Source: the human T2T-CHM13v2.0 reference genome, Homo sapiens
DNA length: 64,000 nucleotides
NCBI RefSeq assembly: GCF_009914755.1
Contig: NC_060927.1
Strand: one strand, 5' to 3'
Numbering within the stretch: position 1 is the first letter of the stretch; every line of letters starts with the position of its first letter. Below, piece by piece: positions 59,697 through 64,000 of this stretch. The notes beneath the pieces were generated by a model, which worked only from the letters and a program-made list of their open reading frames with translations, searched no databases and was not told where the DNA came from. The position numbers and the translations under genes are program-made.

Positions 59697-60037
59697 AAGA
59701 ACAGCTTATCAGTTGAGCAGTCAGAATACACACAACATTTATCAATGAAGTTTGCTGTCTTATATGGGTGTGGTTCACAGCTCCCCAAAACAATTGAAAT
59801 AGTAACATAAGAGATAATTGATCACAAATTACGATAACATATATAATAATGATGGAAATGTTTCAAATATTGCAAGCAATGCCAAAATGTGGCATAGAGT
59901 CATGAAGTGAGTACACAATGTTGAGAAAATGGCACCACTTAGACCTGTTAGACTCAGAGTTACCATCGACTTTCAATTTGTAAAAAACATGCTATAAAGC
60001 ACAATAAAGCAATGTGCAATGAAACAAGGTATGTTTA

Positions 60038-61090
60038 TATTTGCAAACCATACATTTTATAAGAGGTTAATATAGCATTCAAAATATATAAGGAACTGAA
60101 ACAATTAAATACAAAATAAATAAATAAATAAAGTAACCTGATTAAAAGAATGGGCAAAGGACATTGATGGACAAACAAAAGAAAACATACCAAAAAAGAA
60201 GACATAAAAATGTCTTATATATACATAGAAAATTGTTCAATATCATAAATCATGGCAGAAATGCAAATTAAGCCTCAATGAGATAACATCTCACACATGT
60301 CAGAATGGCTACTATCTGTAACCACTACAGAATACTGCATGGAATTCCTTGGAAAAAAAAAAAAAAAAAAACTCTAAAAACAGAATTACCATATGATCCA
60401 GAAATCCCACTCTGAGTATTTACCCAAAAGAGTTGAAATCAGCTTTGCAAAGAGATGTCTGCACCTCCATGTATATTGCAGCACTCTTCACAATACGCAG
60501 GTTATGGAATCAACCTCAGTATTCATCAGCTGATGAATGGATAAAGCAAACATTATGTATATACACAACAGAATACTACTCAGCCTTTAAAAAGAAGGAA
60601 ATTCTCTCATTTATGACAACATGAACGGAAATGGAGAACATTATGGTAAGTAAAATAAACCAGGCACAGCAAAACAAATGTTGCATATTCTTACTTATAT
60701 ATGAAATCTAAAACAACAGAACTTCTAGAATCAGAGAGTAGAATGGTGGATGCCAGAGGCTGGGGAATTTGAGTAATGGGGAAATAATGGTCAAAGGGTA
60801 TAAAATCTCAGTTAGACAGAAGAAATAAGTTTAGTCTGTTTTTTTTTTTTTTTTTGGAGTTCAATTGCACAGTGTGGTGAATATAATTAATAATAATATT
60901 GTACAATTTTAAATTACTCAGTGAGTAAATTTCAAATGTTCTCCCTACAAAAAAATGATAAGTGTTTGAGGTGATGGATAAGTTAATTAACTTGTTTTAA
61001 TTATCCCTCATTGTACTCATAAATCATAACATCACTTTGTACACTGTAAATATGTGTACTTATAAATTGTCAACTTTCAATAAAATGAAA
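60038..61090 (+). mobile_element. L1MA ORF2 end and 3' UTR (downstream of Tigger1)
   Basis: 'tatttgcaaaccatac', 'gaattaccatatgatccagaaatcccac', 'gaggtgatggata', terminal aataaaa. Confidence 0.88.
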
Positions 61091-62149
61091 AACAGAGTTC
61101 TACTTTATAAGTACAAATCTATTTTCATTTTTAATGTATAATTAGATACTTTTTTTGTGATTTTTCCAAAAATAGTTCTATTTCACCACTTTTTTTATTA
61201 AATCAGCTTTTTGTACTCTTTTCCACAGTGTTTTGTTTTCTCAATGGCTATTTTTAAACTTATGTTATTTTTGAACTCACTCTATTTTTAGCTTTTTTTT
61301 AGTTTTTTTCATTTTTAATATTTTAGCCATTAATTTTCAATTTTTTCTTTTTTAGACTAGAAATAGTAAAGTTATGAATTGTCACATAAGTATATCCATA
61401 AGTTTAGTATAACATTTCTTTATTGTCTCTCATCCTATATAAGATCCATTGCAATTTCTTGCTATTCACATTTATCATTGAATTGTTTCTCTCTGACACA
61501 AGCAATAACCTTTGCCTTTAATTCAGTTTTGTTTGTTTTTGAAATCAATGTTCCTGTCTGTCTTTGACAGACACTTTCTAAGTATGCTCTTCTATCATTT
61601 TCTTCTGTATGGGATATGCTTTTTGTATTACCTGTTGTTTAGTGGGCAACCTGTTTTTTTAATACATAAGTTAGTGCATTAGATTTATTAAAATGATAAA
61701 CATGTGTGGCCTTCACTTTATCACTATATTTACTATTTATACTTTTATCATGCCTTAAAAATATTTCACAGTACAGTTTGGTTTTTATTTTCTTTATATT
61801 ATATACATAAATTTCTATTTATTTGGAAAGTATGTTAGATTCCCTAATATAAGCAAGGATACAATTGCTATAGTCACACTTTATCCTAAATCTCTTGAAC
61901 AATGTGACTTCATCTGATTACATTATATTTCTTAGTATATAGTTTTATAAATTCAACTATTCTTATACTTCTATTGCTCAATTTACCAGCACAATGTTCT
62001 CCTTGGTTATAAAATAGGAAAGCATTAGCATATTCATATTCTCACTCTTTCTCTTTAAAAACTATATTTGTATTTTCTTTATATTTTCAGTTTATTACCT
62101 ACATAGTCTCTTTAATCATCTTAATTGCCAAGTTTTTGTCTTATATGCA

Positions 62150-62716
62150 TGTAATATTCTTCTTAGCTGCATAACAAAGTATCACACGTTTAACAGTTTA
62201 ATATAACAACAATTTCCTATCTCACAGTTTCTAAGAGTCAGGAGGCCCAGCTTGGCCTAGCTGAATCCTTTGCTCAGGGTCTTACATACGGTGAATGAAG
62301 GCAGAAGCAGGGATTAGAGTTTCCGCTGAGGCTTGGTGTCTTGTCTTGCTTCACACTGTAAAATTTATTTCTTGCTGCTGGATGAAGTGACTTGCTTCTT
62401 TAAAGCCAGCAAGAAAGAATCTGACTTCTTCTGTCTCTGACTCCTAAGACCTCTCTGAAAGGGCTCACCTGATTTGATCAGACTCATCAAAAATCATCTT
62501 CCTTTCACTAAGGTCAACTTATTACAGGGCCTAATGACATCTGCAAATTTCCTTCACCTTAGCCATACAACAGAACAGAAGCAGAGGAGTAATGTTCCTA
62601 AACTTTGCCACATTCTAATGGTTAGAAGCAAGCTTCAGGCCTGCATTACACCAAAAGCCACAGGATTTTTCAAGGGTGTGGTCATGGAGTCTCACGTTAT
62701 TATTCTGCCTACCACA
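62150..62716 (-). mobile_element. MLT1 (E/F-like) MaLR solo LTR
   Basis: 'gctgcataacaaa...tatctcacagtttct...gctcagggtct' through 'ttctgcctaccaca'. Confidence 0.75.
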
Positions 62717-62759
62717 AAACATGAGGCAATTTAGTTAATACCACTGCAAAGTCTTCTGC

Positions 62760-63520
62760 TGTCATTTCACCATTTCTTATTTGAAGTTTATCTTCTAATA
62801 GTTTCTTCAAGAACGATTCTTGAGAAAAGCTTTCTCTGAGCTCTTAAATGCTTGACAGATTGATTTGTTACTTTTACATTTGAATGACAGTTTGCTGATT
62901 ACTGATGCATACTTTCGTTTCTTGGGAGCTTTGCAGGCATTGCAAAAATCCTTTACAGAGTTCACTACTAATGATGGAAAAATGTTAGGCCAGCCTATTG
63001 TTTTATATTGAAAGGTAGAATGATATTTTGTTTAACTGACAATGCATTTATTGATAAGATTTTAAATCAATTGCTTCATTATGATATTTCTATATTGATC
63101 ATTCTGTTGATTTTTTTCCAAGACCAAGTAAGTCCTTTCGATTGGTGATTTCAATACTTTTTAATGAAATTTTTCCTGAATTTCATGTTGTTTCATATTT
63201 TTAAATTTACTTTTTAAAACTTTTTAGTTATCTTGTATTCCATATTGCATCCTTTGTGCTGCCTCGAAGTAATTACTCTTTTTCCCTCGATATCATTTGA
63301 TTTTTCTCTTATGATTCTTCTCAGGGGTCAGCCAGTGCATAGGTTATTTATTTCTCTAGTTCTGACATATTTTTCTGAGATTTTATTTGTCTGTTTTATG
63401 TTCTAATTTCTGTGATATTTACACATCACAGAAGTACAATGATACATAGTTTTATTTTATATTTAAATGTAACAGCAAAATTTTGGTCACAATGTTTACA
63501 TTAATTGTTAGTAATTGTTT
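62760..63520 (-). mobile_element. Ancient L1/HAL1-like ORF1-region remnant
   Basis: T-rich strand with 'ttgaatgacagtttgctg'; highly diverged. Confidence 0.35.
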
Positions 63521-63538
63521 TGCTGACTTTTGTTTTCT

Positions 63539-63854
<316 letters not shown>

Positions 63855-64000
63855 TAACTTTTGTATTCTAAAGAGTGTTAACATCATTTTTTTTCCTTTT
63901 TGTTTTTTTTTCTTCTTTTATCTTGTAGACCACATGCTTGACATTTTACATTTTACTTGTACTTTAATGATGTAACTACTTCCTGATCCAATTTTTATCA

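Larger units (their letters stand above)
57124..60037 (-). mobile_element. Tigger1 (TcMar-Tigger/pogo) DNA transposon, near full length
   Basis: Degenerate TIRs (gaggcatacctc... / ...caaggtatgttta followed by TA); host L1 resumes at 60038; transposase remnants. Confidence 0.9.

Noticed and set aside
59563-59808. Ser-Leu repeat ORFs
   Set aside because: Translation of the (GA)n microsatellite

Overview
AT-rich, CpG-poor primate (human-like) genomic DNA made largely of interspersed repeats. I found no recognisable protein-coding gene, RNA gene or CRISPR array. Every informative ORF belongs to a decayed transposon (L1 ORF1/ORF2/ORF0, Tigger1 transposase, THE1-int) or is an Alu or low-complexity artefact. 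Main elements: (i) a 5'-intact L1PA3-like LINE-1 on the minus strand (25453-30487) with a ~1.1 kb internal deletion; (ii) a complete THE1D MaLR provirus with a perfect 5-bp TSD, whose 5' LTR contains an inverted THE1C-type LTR fragment; (iii) a near full-length Tigger1 inside an L1MA; (iv) 12 Alus, about a dozen solo LTRs, several hAT MITEs, and MIR/L2/old L1 remnants. Family and subfamily names come from my recall of consensus sequences and need RepeatMasker/Dfam confirmation. The sequence does not support a new biological system. The most unusual unexplained structure is a 366-bp palindrome-rich insertion flanked by a 14-bp direct repeat (10654-11047), one of several fold-back/templated-insertion scars in the window. 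Two repeat-free segments carry enhancer-like motif clusters.
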